NCBI GenBank assembly: GCA_965637545.1
Contig: OZ281497.1
Location: 14,880,001-14,944,000 of the forward strand
DNA length: 64,000 nt
Direction: 5' to 3'
Source of the DNA: Phallusia mammillata
Taxonomy: Eukaryota
Shown here: in pieces, positions 38,325 to 49,694 of the stretch
How the letters are laid out: the number at the start of each line of letters is the position of its first letter
Numbering within the stretch: the first letter of the stretch is position 1
Made by a program: the position numbers and the translations under genes
Notes under the pieces: generated by a model
Database searches by the model: none
What the model saw: the letters and a program-made list of their open reading frames with translations, nothing else
What the model was told of the DNA's origin: nothing

Positions 38325-39271
38325 TTTTAGTTCAAATATAACTGTGGAACAACAATTGAATAATTAGAAGCAAAATAACACAGCGGCATTTCAAATGTAT
38401 TGGTTCGTGCAATAAACTAGTAACTAGATATCAATTAGCACAAAATTGTTTCAACTGGAATCAAGCTACGGTATTCTGAATATTATCTAAGATGACCGAA
38501 ACGCAATTTTTTTCATGGTAATTATATAATATTTGCCAAGATACCAAAAATAAAAAAAATAATTTGATAAGCGGTAAATTTTAATCAGAAAGTCATGCCA
38601 ATAAACTACTTATAATCTCGAAATAAAAGCCACACGCTCCTGGTAAATCTCATACCATCTTGCACGTTTGTCGTATCCAACATAAATGCTTGTGGCGCAC
38701 GTGTTTTTGTAATGTTGTTTTTTATCTTTTTCGTGATGAAAATTTTCGAACACTTTTTCGTCAAAAAAAATTGATTAATTATTATCAAAAGTATTTTGTT
38801 TAAGCTACATGACCTCAGCCGAGAATAAAAATGCGACTTATTCTCGCTTGTTAGGCGGCGCACCAGAGTAGGCTACGGCTAAGTTCGTTGTATTGGCAAC
38901 TGAACACACGGGTCTCCCATAAAATACGCAATCTACTAATAAAACTTATGCAAATGTTGACAGTTAAGGCTATTGGGGTCGAGGTGAAGGTTTGTAACAA
39001 AAATAACATTTTAATCCAATCTCAGACGCCCGTTTTGATATAATCACTATAGCGTACTTTCATGTTGCCCAATAGGCCTAAAATCGACGATGACAAAACT
39101 ACTCAAACGTCGAACAGACAAAGGGATGTTTAAGTAGGGATTAAATCACGAGCTTTTGGAAGCCAAAGTTTTAAAATTATTTTTTTAGTTGAAGGGTCTT
39201 TCGTTTGGAATGATGCTCGTTGGCAAAATCGTGAAGTGCCTTGTGTTTCTCAACAGGGCTTACGGCAAGAA

Positions 39272-39650
39272 TTTGCACAATGTGCGCCAAAATGTGCAGG
39301 TCGAAATGTGCGCACATTTTTCGAAAATGTGCAGGTGCCAAAATGTGCAGGGTAAAATGTGCGCACATTTTTCGAAAATGTGCAGGTGCCAAAATGTGCA
39401 GGTCAAAATGTGCAGGTGCCAAAATGTGCAGGTTAAAATATGCGCACATTTTTCGAAAATGTGCAGGTGCCAAAATGTGCAGGTCAAAATGTGCAGGTGC
39501 CAAAATGTGCAGGTCAAAATGTGCAGGTCAAAATGTGCAGGTGCCAAAATGTGCAGGTCAAAATGTGTAGGTTAAAATGTGCAGGTCAAAATGTGCAGGT
39601 CAAAATGTGCAGGTCAAAATGTGCAGGTCAAAATGTGCAGGTGCCAAAAT
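39272..39650 (+). repeat. Left TIR minisatellite array
   Basis: Units aaaatgtgcaggtc (14 bp), aaaatgtgcaggtgcc (16 bp) and aaaatgtgcgcacatttttcg (21 bp, containing an 18-bp palindrome). The 21-mers occur only in the outer half. Confidence 0.97.
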
Positions 39651-40019
39651 TTCTCCCTTTCATACTAAAAAAGTCTTTCTGTCCCTTTCACACAAACAAT
39701 TTTTTGTCCCAATTACATAATTATTATATATCTTTCCCTGCATTTTTATTTTAAATAGTGTTCTGTGCAAATCAATTAACTTATATAGGTATGTTATTTT
39801 TCTTGTTAAATGCAGTGGATTAAGTTTTTTAACTGAACAGAATATGACCCTTCAGGGCAAAAATAACTGAAAATACAATGTGGTTTCAAACAAATGCAGT
39901 GGTAAATAACTGATGCCTATATAAATGGTGAGAACTTATACTTTTGCATTGCACATCCATCATTTTTTTCATGACATCTCAGTATTATCCTTTTCTAAAC
40001 CCGTTTTGTTACCATTGTA

Positions 40020-41760
40020 CATATTTTTTACCAAAAATATAATACAGAATGCCCACAGCGGTCTCAAAAAAATATTTTCCCTATCCTAATATTCTTTCTG
40101 GCTGTTTCAGTCTCTTTATCTCTCTAATTGTTCACGCCAGGTTTAGTTTGTTTATTTATTTGCAATCCCACATGAAACATACACCTTTTTCGTTCATAAT
40201 GGCAATCATCTAGTTTCTGTATATTAGTCAGGAAACAATTACAAATTTTGCAAAAGCATCTAATGATATTTTGGTGTATTATGATATTCCTACAGTAGGT
40301 CTTTTTAGCCATCTGGTCCACACAATAGCAAGTCAGAAGCAATAACATGAATGTTTTAGCAAACTTAAAATTAGGGCATCACATCAAGTATTTGTGTGGG
40401 TTTCAAAATTAACCTAATTAAATACCCATATACCAAGTTATGTCATGTAAATGAGCCTCAAAGAAATAAAAAATGTCAAACATTAAGTTGGGCAACTGTG
40501 TGGTTGTCCTTTTCTTTTTGAATGTTGTCATTTGAGTTTCTTCCAAAGACACATATATAGTCCTTTTGTGCAGTATAACCCAAAGGATGGAAAACTTTCT
40601 AATAATTCATTTGTTTCATTGAATAAAAATCACTGGACAGCTGGGTCTTTGACTTGGTTTTGAGTTTAATAACAGTATACTCATATGGTAGTCCAGCAAC
40701 TTCTAGAATTTCACATATGTCTTTTTTGGAAACTCTGTGAGGATCAGTGTAACTTTTGCAATGCAGTAAAAATCTAGCTTGTTGGCTGGCCGTAAACATC
40801 CTGTCAGGCATTTACGCACTTTGTAAAAGTTGCAGTAACTCATAAAAGGATAAGCGAGACCTCCAGACTTTGGCTCCACTAAAGAAATCAGCTGGCCCTG
40901 TGGTCGCATGGTTGACAACATGCTGACAATTTTGATAACTTCCGTAAACTAGTTTTTTGCCTTGAAAAAACATATCCTCATAAATACTCTGTTGTGTCTA
41001 ACTCTTTGTTACTTATCATAGCAATTTGACTTGTGTTTTCTGCACCAGTTTCCTTGGTGGTTATGATGTCTAGCAATTGTTTTGGTGCCTTGAATTTTTC
41101 TTCAAATAAACTTAATTTTTGATTCACAAAATTTACCCTTTGTTGACAGTTTAAAATGAGTAACTTTGGAAAAAAACATGATCTTTGTTCAAGCTTGACC
41201 TTTCGTCTGTCCAGAGTTCCTGGTCGAGGCCAAAGTCGTTGAACATCAGTTCAAAGATACAGCCAGTTAGGAAAGTTCTATTTTTACCAGACTTTAAATC
41301 AATTAGTAATAAACTTTATGCACCCTTTAATATGTTAGGTAAAATCACTTCAAAGCGTTTAAAGAAGTACTAAAAAGATAAAACGTACATTAAATACTCT
41401 CCAACAGCACAATCACAACCACGTAGTAACATTATACAGGGTAGATGCATAAATCTGACCATACAAGCCCAGCTTTGTCATTTGCTTGCTCTTAAAGCAC
41501 CAAACTCAATGCAAGCATCCGACAAGCGTGTAGTGTTAATCAAGCGTGACGGAAACAATAGCTGGACTGTCATATGAGTATACTATTGTCTAATTGTAAA
41601 ATCTATAGAAGCTGGGCAGGCTACAAGCTAACAGGCCTTAAATTAAAAACAATAAAGTCAAACCGATTGAGGTGACGATCGTGTACATATCTAGTCTGAA
41701 AAACAGTGTTTCCTATTTCCTGAATGCTAGATAATTTCACGCTTTGCCATATCTAACAAA
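40020..41760 (-). pseudogene. Decayed coding-like remnant inside the foldback core (second copy at +2552)
   Basis: Long near-open stretches on the minus strand broken by isolated stops and frameshifts, e.g. LIDLKSGKNRTFLTGCIFELMFNDFGLDQELWTDER, LLILNCQQRVNFVNQKLSLFEEKFK, IYEDMFFQGKKLVYGSYQ...SFYELLQLLQSA*MPDRMF...EVAGLPYEY, and RCFCKICNCFLTNIQKLDDCHYERKRCMFH. No family identified. Confidence 0.4.
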
Positions 41761-41895
41761 CACAACATGCATTTTTACAAGTTTCTCTTAAATCCGATTT
41801 TAATTTATAGGTCATAACTTATAACTAATATTTTTGGCACAATTTATGACCACAACAATAGTTTGACGTTAAATATCAATACTTCATTTGAGCGA

Positions 41896-42202
41896 CTGCA
41901 CATTTTGGCACCTGCACATTATGACTTGCACATTTCGGCACCTGCACATTTTGACNNNNNNNNNNNNNNNNNNNNNNNNNNNNNNNNNNNNNNNNNNNNN
42001 NNNNNNNNNNNNNNNNNNNNNNNNNNNNNNNNNNNNNNNNNNNNNNNNNNNNNNNNNNNNNNNNNNNNNNNNNNNNNNNNNNNNNNNNNNNNNNNNNNNN
42101 NNNNNNNNNNNNNNNNNNNNNNNNNNNNNNNNNNNNNNNNNNNNNNNNNNNNNNNAATGTGCAGGTCAAAATGTGCAGGTCAAAATGTGCAGGTGCCAAA
42201 AT
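41896..42202. repeat. Central arrays (inner end of a right TIR, 200-N gap at 41956-42155, inner end of a left TIR)
   Basis: 41896-41955 matches the start of the right array (44448 onward). 42156-42202 matches the end of the left array. Confidence 0.9.
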
Positions 42203-44447
42203 TTCTCCCTTTCATACTAAAAAAGTCTTTCTGTCCCTTTCACACAAACAATTTTTTGTCCCAATTACATAATTATTATATATCTTTCCCTGCATTTTTA
42301 TTTTAAATAGTGTTCTGTGCAAATCAATTAACTTATATAGGTATGTTATTTTTCTTGTTAAATGCAGTGGATTAAGTTTTTTAACTGAACAGAATATGAC
42401 CCTTCAGGGCAAAAATAACTGAAAATACAATGTGGTTTCAAACAAATGCAGTGGTAAATAACTGATGCCTATATAAATGGTGAGAACTTATACTTTTGCA
42501 TTGCACATCCATCATTTTTTTCATGACATCTCAGTATTATCCTTTTCTAAACCCGTTTTGTTACCATTGTACATATTTTTTACCAAAAATATAATACAGA
42601 ATGCCCACAGCGGTCTCAAAAAAATATTTTCCCTATCCTAATATTCTTTCTGGCTGTTTCAGTCTCTTTATCTCTCTAATTGTTCACGCCAGGTTTAGTT
42701 TGTTTATTTATTTGCAATCCCACATGAAACATACACCTTTTTCGTTCATAATGGCAATCATCTAGTTTCTGTATATTAGTCAGGAAACAATTACAAATTT
42801 TGCAAAAGCATCTAATGATATTTTGGTGTATTATGATATTCCTACAGTAGGTCTTTTTAGCCATCTGGTCCACACAATAGCAAGTCAGAAGCAATAACAT
42901 GAATGTTTTAGCAAACTTAAAATTAGGGCATCACATCAAGTATTTGTGTGGGTTTCAAAATTAACCTAATTAAATACCCATATACCAAGTTATGTCATGT
43001 AAATGAGCCTCAAAGAAATAAAAAATGTCAAACATTAAGTTGGGCAACTGTGTGGTTGTCCTTTTCTTTTTGAATGTTGTCATTTGAGTTTCTTCCAAAG
43101 ACACATATATAGTCCTTTTGTGCAGTATAACCCAAAGGATGGAAAACTTTCTAATAATTCATTTGTTTCATTGAATAAAAATCACTGGACAGCTGGGTCT
43201 TTGACTTGGTTTTGAGTTTAATAACAGTATACTCATATGGTAGTCCAGCAACTTCTAGAATTTCACATATGTCTTTTTTGGAAACTCTGTGAGGATCAGT
43301 GTAACTTTTGCAATGCAGTAAAAATCTAGCTTGTTGGCTGGCCGTAAACATCCTGTCAGGCATTTACGCACTTTGTAAAAGTTGCAGTAACTCATAAAAG
43401 GATAAGCGAGACCTCCAGACTTTGGCTCCACTAAAGAAATCAGCTGGCCCTGTGGTCGCATGGTTGACAACATGCTGACAATTTTGATAACTTCCGTAAA
43501 CTAGTTTTTTGCCTTGAAAAAACATATCCTCATAAATACTCTGTTGTGTCTAACTCTTTGTTACTTATCATAGCAATTTGACTTGTGTTTTCTGCACCAG
43601 TTTCCTTGGTGGTTATGATGTCTAGCAATTGTTTTGGTGCCTTGAATTTTTCTTCAAATAAACTTAATTTTTGATTCACAAAATTTACCCTTTGTTGACA
43701 GTTTAAAATGAGTAACTTTGGAAAAAAACATGATCTTTGTTCAAGCTTGACCTTTCGTCTGTCCAGAGTTCCTGGTCGAGGCCAAAGTCGTTGAACATCA
43801 GTTCAAAGATACAGCCAGTTAGGAAAGTTCTATTTTTACCAGACTTTAAATCAATTAGTAATAAACTTTATGCACCCTTTAATATGTTAGGTAAAATCAC
43901 TTCAAAGCGTTTAAAGAAGTACTAAAAAGATAAAACGTACATTAAATACTCTCCAACAGCACAATCACAACCACGTAGTAACATTATACAGGGTAGATGC
44001 ATAAATCTGACCATACAAGCCCAGCTTTGTCATTTGCTTGCTCTTAAAGCACCAAACTCAATGCAAGCATCCGACAAGCGTGTAGTGTTAATCAAGCGTG
44101 ACGGAAACAATAGCTGGACTGTCATATGAGTATACTATTGTCTAATTGTAAAATCTATAGAAGCTGGGCAGGCTACAAGCTAACAGGCCTTAAATTAAAA
44201 ACAATAAAGTCAAACCGATTGAGGTGACGATCGTGTACATATCTAGTCTGAAAAACAGTGTTTCCTATTTCCTGAATGCTAGATAATTTCACGCTTTGCC
44301 ATATCTAACAAACACAACATGCATTTTTACAAGTTTCTCTTAAATCCGATTTTAATTTATAGGTCATAACTTATAACTAATATTTTTGGCACAATTTATG
44401 ACCACAACAATAGTTTGACGTTAAATATCAATACTTCATTTGAGCGA
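42203..44447. repeat. Second copy of the foldback core (39651-41895), apparently identical
   Basis: All ORFs recur at a constant offset of 2552 with identical translations, and spot checks found no differences. Confidence 0.95.
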
Positions 44448-44719
44448 CTGCACATTTTGGCACCTGCACATTATGACTTGCACATTTCGGCACCTGCACA
44501 TTTTGACCTGCACATTTTGGCACCTGCACATTTTGACCTGCACATTTTGGCACCTGCACATTTTCAAAAAAATGTGCGCACATTTTGACCTGCACATTTT
44601 GGCACCTGCACATTTTCAAAAAATGTGCGCACATTTTGACCTGCACATTTTGGCACCTGCACATTTTCGAAAAATGTGCGCACATTTCGACCTGCACATT
44701 TTCGAGCACATTGTGCAAA
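44448..44719 (-). repeat. Right TIR minisatellite array (inverted)
   Basis: Reverse-complement units gacctgcacatttt, ggcacctgcacatttt and aaaaatgtgcgcacatttt. Shorter than the left array (about 272 vs about 379 bp). Confidence 0.97.
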
Positions 44720-45070
44720 AAACGCTCGCATGCCCGCCTCGTGTTTCTGGCCTTCGCAAAATGGAACATCACAGAAAACGTTCAATAGGTTGTGGATTTT
44801 ATTGCTCAATTAAACACAAGTAGAAAGTTTCGTAACATGCAATACAAAGCGCACCAATTCTCACACAAAAACATATAATTTATGTCTCCCAATTCCGGCA
44901 GTTTGTAATTAATATAACTCGGCCTTTGACTTAAAAGCAACAAAATCAAGTTTTTCGTCACTGTGATCGATTAAAACTTTTGCTTTAAGATTAAGAAATT
45001 TAAACTATTTAAACCAACTCTAATAATTCATCATTTTGGGTCGCAAAAAAACTAAACAAAAACAACTAAG

Positions 45071-47347
45071 TTACGCTCCAATAGGGCGGTTTTCAAACAG
45101 TGAAGTTGATTCCCACCTTCTTGGAATACCAATCCTGTTTGCATTAACTGTTTCTCGGGCCCAGGTACTTCCATATCGAAACTTTTGACCTGAAAATAAC
45201 AACGCTATCATGGTTAAACATGGTAATTCATTTACAAGGTGGTATGGTTTGGCAATCGTGTTATTTAAGAATCTGATCTAACAATAGTTGTAACAAACGA
45301 TGTTTTAAACGGAAAGGTAGCAATTGGCAGAAGAAGGCAATTATTGGTATTGGCAATTTAGCAATTGGTTGTTTTAACTGACAGGTTGGCTGGAAAAAGG
45401 GCTACCCCAAACTTATTGCATTGACCATCGTTTAGTGTCATGGGAACGTTGCAATGTGTTGTTTTCGTTTCAAAGCCTCGGTAGAATACCTGGAACATAT
45501 CCGGAGTAGTTTGGAATAAGTCCTTTCTCCGCGTGAAATATCCGTTGTGCCGGTAAACGTTCTCGAAAGACCTGCTGACGATATCGGTCCAAATCTTCCT
45601 TGTCATGCCACACACCCTGACTAGGATCAGGAGTGAACCAGCGATACATGTCACGACACCATGGTGTCAATTGTCGAAAGTTGAGCGTGATCAACTGTGA
45701 AGAAAAACAAACAACTCGGATAAGATATTGAACACGTCTTTAAAATAGGCGATGTATTACAACAGTAACAAAGGGAAGGGCCAAATTGTTCATGCTAAGT
45801 GGTGCTATAGCCAAATTTCTGCAAGCATGTGGAAATTAAAGTCCGCGAACGTAAACGAGAAAAAAGTTGCTGATCTTTGATGCTAACAATAGTTTTTTGT
45901 CTGAGCAAAGAAATTAGAAAAGTTTTGCCATCAAAAGTTTGAGGAAATGCTACAAACAACCACAGACCAAAACAGGCATAGAGATGCATGGTTATGTCAT
46001 TATAGGTATGAAGATTCAAAACAAAAAGGTACAATATTTTTTCTTTTAGGAGACAGGTGTATAACGCGGCAATTAAGCTGCTTGAGTTTTCAATGCCTTA
46101 TTGTCACAATGCTTCAAGCAAAATATTCACGAATAAAGGTGTAAATGCATTTTTAAGCACTGACTGACCTTTTTATGTTTGTTGATTGGTGGCATTGTTT
46201 TGTAGCCCGGTGGGGCAGTCTTGGCTCTTGGGGACCTCGGAGAGGATTCTTGAGATGAGGTGTTGGACCCCCGCGGACTCTCGCGTTGAAATCCTGTATT
46301 CGGTCGAGTAGTCAAGTTGAGGTTCCCCATGAGGGGGTAGTCATATCTACAACAAACATACCCTTCTGAAAATTTACAGTGGACTTTCGCCGTTCGACAG
46401 CGAGGCAAAGCTTTGACGCAATGTTGACAGAGTTTTTAGTATTTCAGCTAAACATAAGTTACATTGCAAGAGTATCCAATAGTTTATAATCCTTTAAGAC
46501 AACTTTGGTGTGGTTCAAACCAGGGATTGTGGCAATAAATGCTGACAATTTAATCCGTACTCCAACATCCCATTGTCCAGCTTGTCGAAGAGCTCGCACC
46601 GCGTAGGGTTAACAGCCCGTTTGTAATAAACGTCTTAGGCAACAATCAACGCCAGTCTAAAGCAAACGTACCAAGTGGCCCCGAAGTGCTGTTAAGGATT
46701 AACTAGCCAACTTAAACAACCCTTTGCGGCGCATAGTCAGGTTTTATATTGAAACGAATTATAAAAAAGATACTGATATGAACAGCATTCCTAATTTAGT
46801 GGCTAGATGGCGACATTACATATATATATTAAACCTAATAGTTTTAGTTGACTAAAACACCCCCCCCCCCAAAAAAAAAAAACAAACAAACAAACAAACA
46901 ATTTGACAGTAATGCAAAAATAATGTGTATTTAATTATCATTGCACATTGAAACAAAAGTCCGGTCATAGTATAGGAGGTAATACAACTGACCATAAACT
47001 ACCTACATATGCAACCTTAAACTAATCTATTTTCATACACGAGGTAAACGATACAAAACAATAAGTTTCCAATCGTTTTATTGCTAACAACAGGATATAC
47101 TCCATGTCTGGTTAAAGTGTTAATTAAATTATACAACTTTCTATTTTGTTGAATAGACGAGGTTTTCACTAATTATGCCACAACATAAATACAAATTATT
47201 AAGACGTAAAGGCTTGACACGATTATTTTGATAGGTGCAAACATAATAATTAACTGACTTTCCGTCCTTGCTTTTGTAGAGCGGACTTGTAGTGACGTGA
47301 ATGCTTTGCGATCCATAAGGATGTCCGGGCGTGTTGTAGTTTGGCAT
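45071..47347 (-). CDS. FAM166/CIMIP2-motif ciliary protein-like, 196 aa
   Basis: Exons 47347-47259, 46346-46169, 45694-45490, 45189-45071 total 591 nt, in frame. The C-terminal IFHAEKGLIPNYSGYVPGQKFRYGSTWARET resembles the FAM166 motif GL.PNY.GYVPG.KF.FG.T. Orthology is not established. Confidence 0.75.
46860..46901 (+). repeat. Low-complexity C11-A12-(CAAA)n tract in an intron
   Basis: Read directly from the sequence. Confidence 0.9.
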
Positions 47348-47872
47348 GACGATTTATACCCACATAAAAAAACTAACCTGAAACAGCAACAATAACTGAA
47401 TTTAACATGTTTAACGGCAGCCCAAATCTTGTCAAACTTGTTTTGGTACATTTGCTAGCATCTCGCAACTGAACATATCACTATGCGGAACAGAAAAGAA
47501 TCAACATGGTACCTGACAGCTTGCTAAATGGTGAATGCGTGTTGACAAAACAGCAGCTGAAAGCAAACGACTTACAAAGAACTGTAAGAACGCTTTGTCA
47601 GAGCGGGATCAGTGAAACAAGAGAAAGTTCCGACGACACACAAGCGACGTTTTTCAGGCGGTTCACGGTCGGTTAACGTGACGGCGGACAAGCCAGATTT
47701 GTGTGTATACACGGGACCAAAGCAGTTGCCACAAATAATAAGAGGTAATTTCGCGTATTGAGACAAGCAACCCGATGTGTTGTTTCGGCATGAAAAAAGC
47801 ATGTCAAGGCATATGTTCGAACGCAAACGCTGCTCGTGTGGCAGCATTGTCCTGCCGGTATTCACAGCTTCG

Positions 47873-47886
47873 GTTACCTGGGTGAC
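47873..47886. promoter_or_regulatory. Candidate RFX X-box upstream of the FAM166-like gene
   Basis: GTTACCTGGGTGAC is a 14-bp imperfect palindrome fitting GTNRCC-N-RGYRAC, about 525 bp upstream of the ATG at 47347. Confidence 0.45.
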
Positions 47887-49694
47887 GACTAGATCCAGCC
47901 CTTGTAAGCGGTTTCAGGTGTCACACTCCATAGCGCCTCTAGTGAAAGGTATTGCGTGACTGGTCCATTGAGCGAAACTCGTACGGAAAACAATAAGGTT
48001 GTGAATGATACCCTTGCTGTTTGGCGGCAAAGGTCGATTAACAAGCCCGGTTTTCAGGAGTTTGTTAAGGATGCTTATACTGGAAGACAGGCGTAAAAAT
48101 AGCTTTTTGACTTGCAACGACTTATAATCTGATTGGAGTGTCAACTGCGATGATCTTTGATTAATTTGAGGTCGACATTTTTAACCCACAACTCAACAAG
48201 CGAAACAGGATATCTTTGCGTGGATTTACGTCCACTGATTTTAACCGACTTTCCCAATGATTTCGTACGCTCAAAACTCCCTTTGCAACTTACTGAAATG
48301 AGTAATTCACAAACGGTGTTTGCCACGTGATTTAAATTTCGTAAATGTCGTATTATTATGGTTATGATGGAAATCCACAGTATGGGAAAATAACAATCAA
48401 CTCGGGGCCCAAGTGATTTATTTGTTTAAATACAAGGTACACACGGACGAGACACTCAAAAAACGCAAATAGGAAAGATCATGAAAACTGTGTTGTTATA
48501 ACGGACACACGGCTTCAGTACATTCTGAAAAAAGTGATAACACAAAAAGATGGGCACAAGGTCTAAAACGCAAACGAAAGTAGCACCAGATCCAAGACAA
48601 ACTGTACTGTTTCCATACTTTGTTACGAATGGCCATATATGAACAACAAACATGGTTGATAATACTTAGTGGTGCTTTTATCAAACGACAAATTTTAAGC
48701 AAATACTACAGTGCGGGTGTATGAAAACGGCGTAACCTCAGTGTTTACTGGCATTTCGGAACGCCTGCAACTGCGACAAATAAACTGATTCTGCGCGACT
48801 TTATGAATGGATAGACACGATTCTCTTGATAAAAAATGCGGCATGTCGTCAAACAGTACCTAACAAGCGGCGGAAAAATGTTCACACTATGTACACTGTA
48901 CAGAGGTGGCGGTACGTCGGGTGAGCGCTGTGTGCGACGTCGTCCCACTTAAATAACAAATGTTGCAACGGGACAAGACATCACAGTGACCGTACTGCGC
49001 ACGTGTGGGAAACGTTGAGTGTGTGTAGAAGTTGTAATCTTACTGCCCCTGCTGAATACAGTGGTCGACAGAACTTGCTGAGTCACCCGGCGGTAAAGGT
49101 TGACATTTGAAAGCGGGGCGAACAGTTTTCGCAGTGTCATGGCTCGACGTGCAGTACAAAAACACAGAACTCGGATTGGAAGTTTTTGTGGCGTAAAATC
49201 AGATTTGTTAAATCGTTTTATTGGCTTGTTTAGTTCGCAATTTTAAAGGTAAGCTCAAAGTTAGTTCACCAACAGACTGTCAAAGCCTGTGAGGGGACAA
49301 ATGACGCAACTAGTCGAGACAACGGTTTGTTACAGACATTTTATCACACACAGCAGTCACGTGACAAACAAAGCTTAAGAGCCAGCGACGTAGGCAAGTT
49401 CAACACAAAGAAAGCACCAGAACTTACAAAAAACACAAGCGCAAAATAAGACGTACATCGCGACCTAGCGATATCCAAGTGGCTGATTGGGAATAGCAGC
49501 TGCCGATCTTCCTCCAGTGAGTAAACCGTCGTATGCTTTTGATATGACTTACAGATGCCGCTAAAAACATGCGGGGTTTATATATCTATGTTTTCACGTT
49601 TATGTTGTGGTGTGAGTTTGACTATATCTGCACGAGGCAAATACAACACCAGCGAAAGGACACGGTCAGTTTTGATGACTTTCTGTCCGGCGTT

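Larger units (their letters stand above)
39251..44740. mobile_element. Foldback-like DNA transposon with long modular terminal inverted repeats
   Basis: The left array 39272-39650 (AAAATGTGC-core units) and the right array 44448-44719 are inverted copies, beginning tttgcacaatgtgc and ending gcacattgtgcaaa. The 8-mer gtgtttct occurs as a direct repeat at 39243-39250 and 44741-44748, each exactly 21 nt outside the arrays. Confidence 0.8.

Noticed and set aside
39272-39650. CRISPR-like appearance of short regular repeats
   Set aside because: There are no unique spacers and no cas genes, and the context is eukaryotic.
39177-39754. Cys/His-rich ORFs in several frames (also 41863-42306 and 44428-44823)
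   Set aside because: These are translations of the minisatellite. The 30- and 51-bp higher-order units are multiples of three and largely free of stops, so open frames arise automatically.
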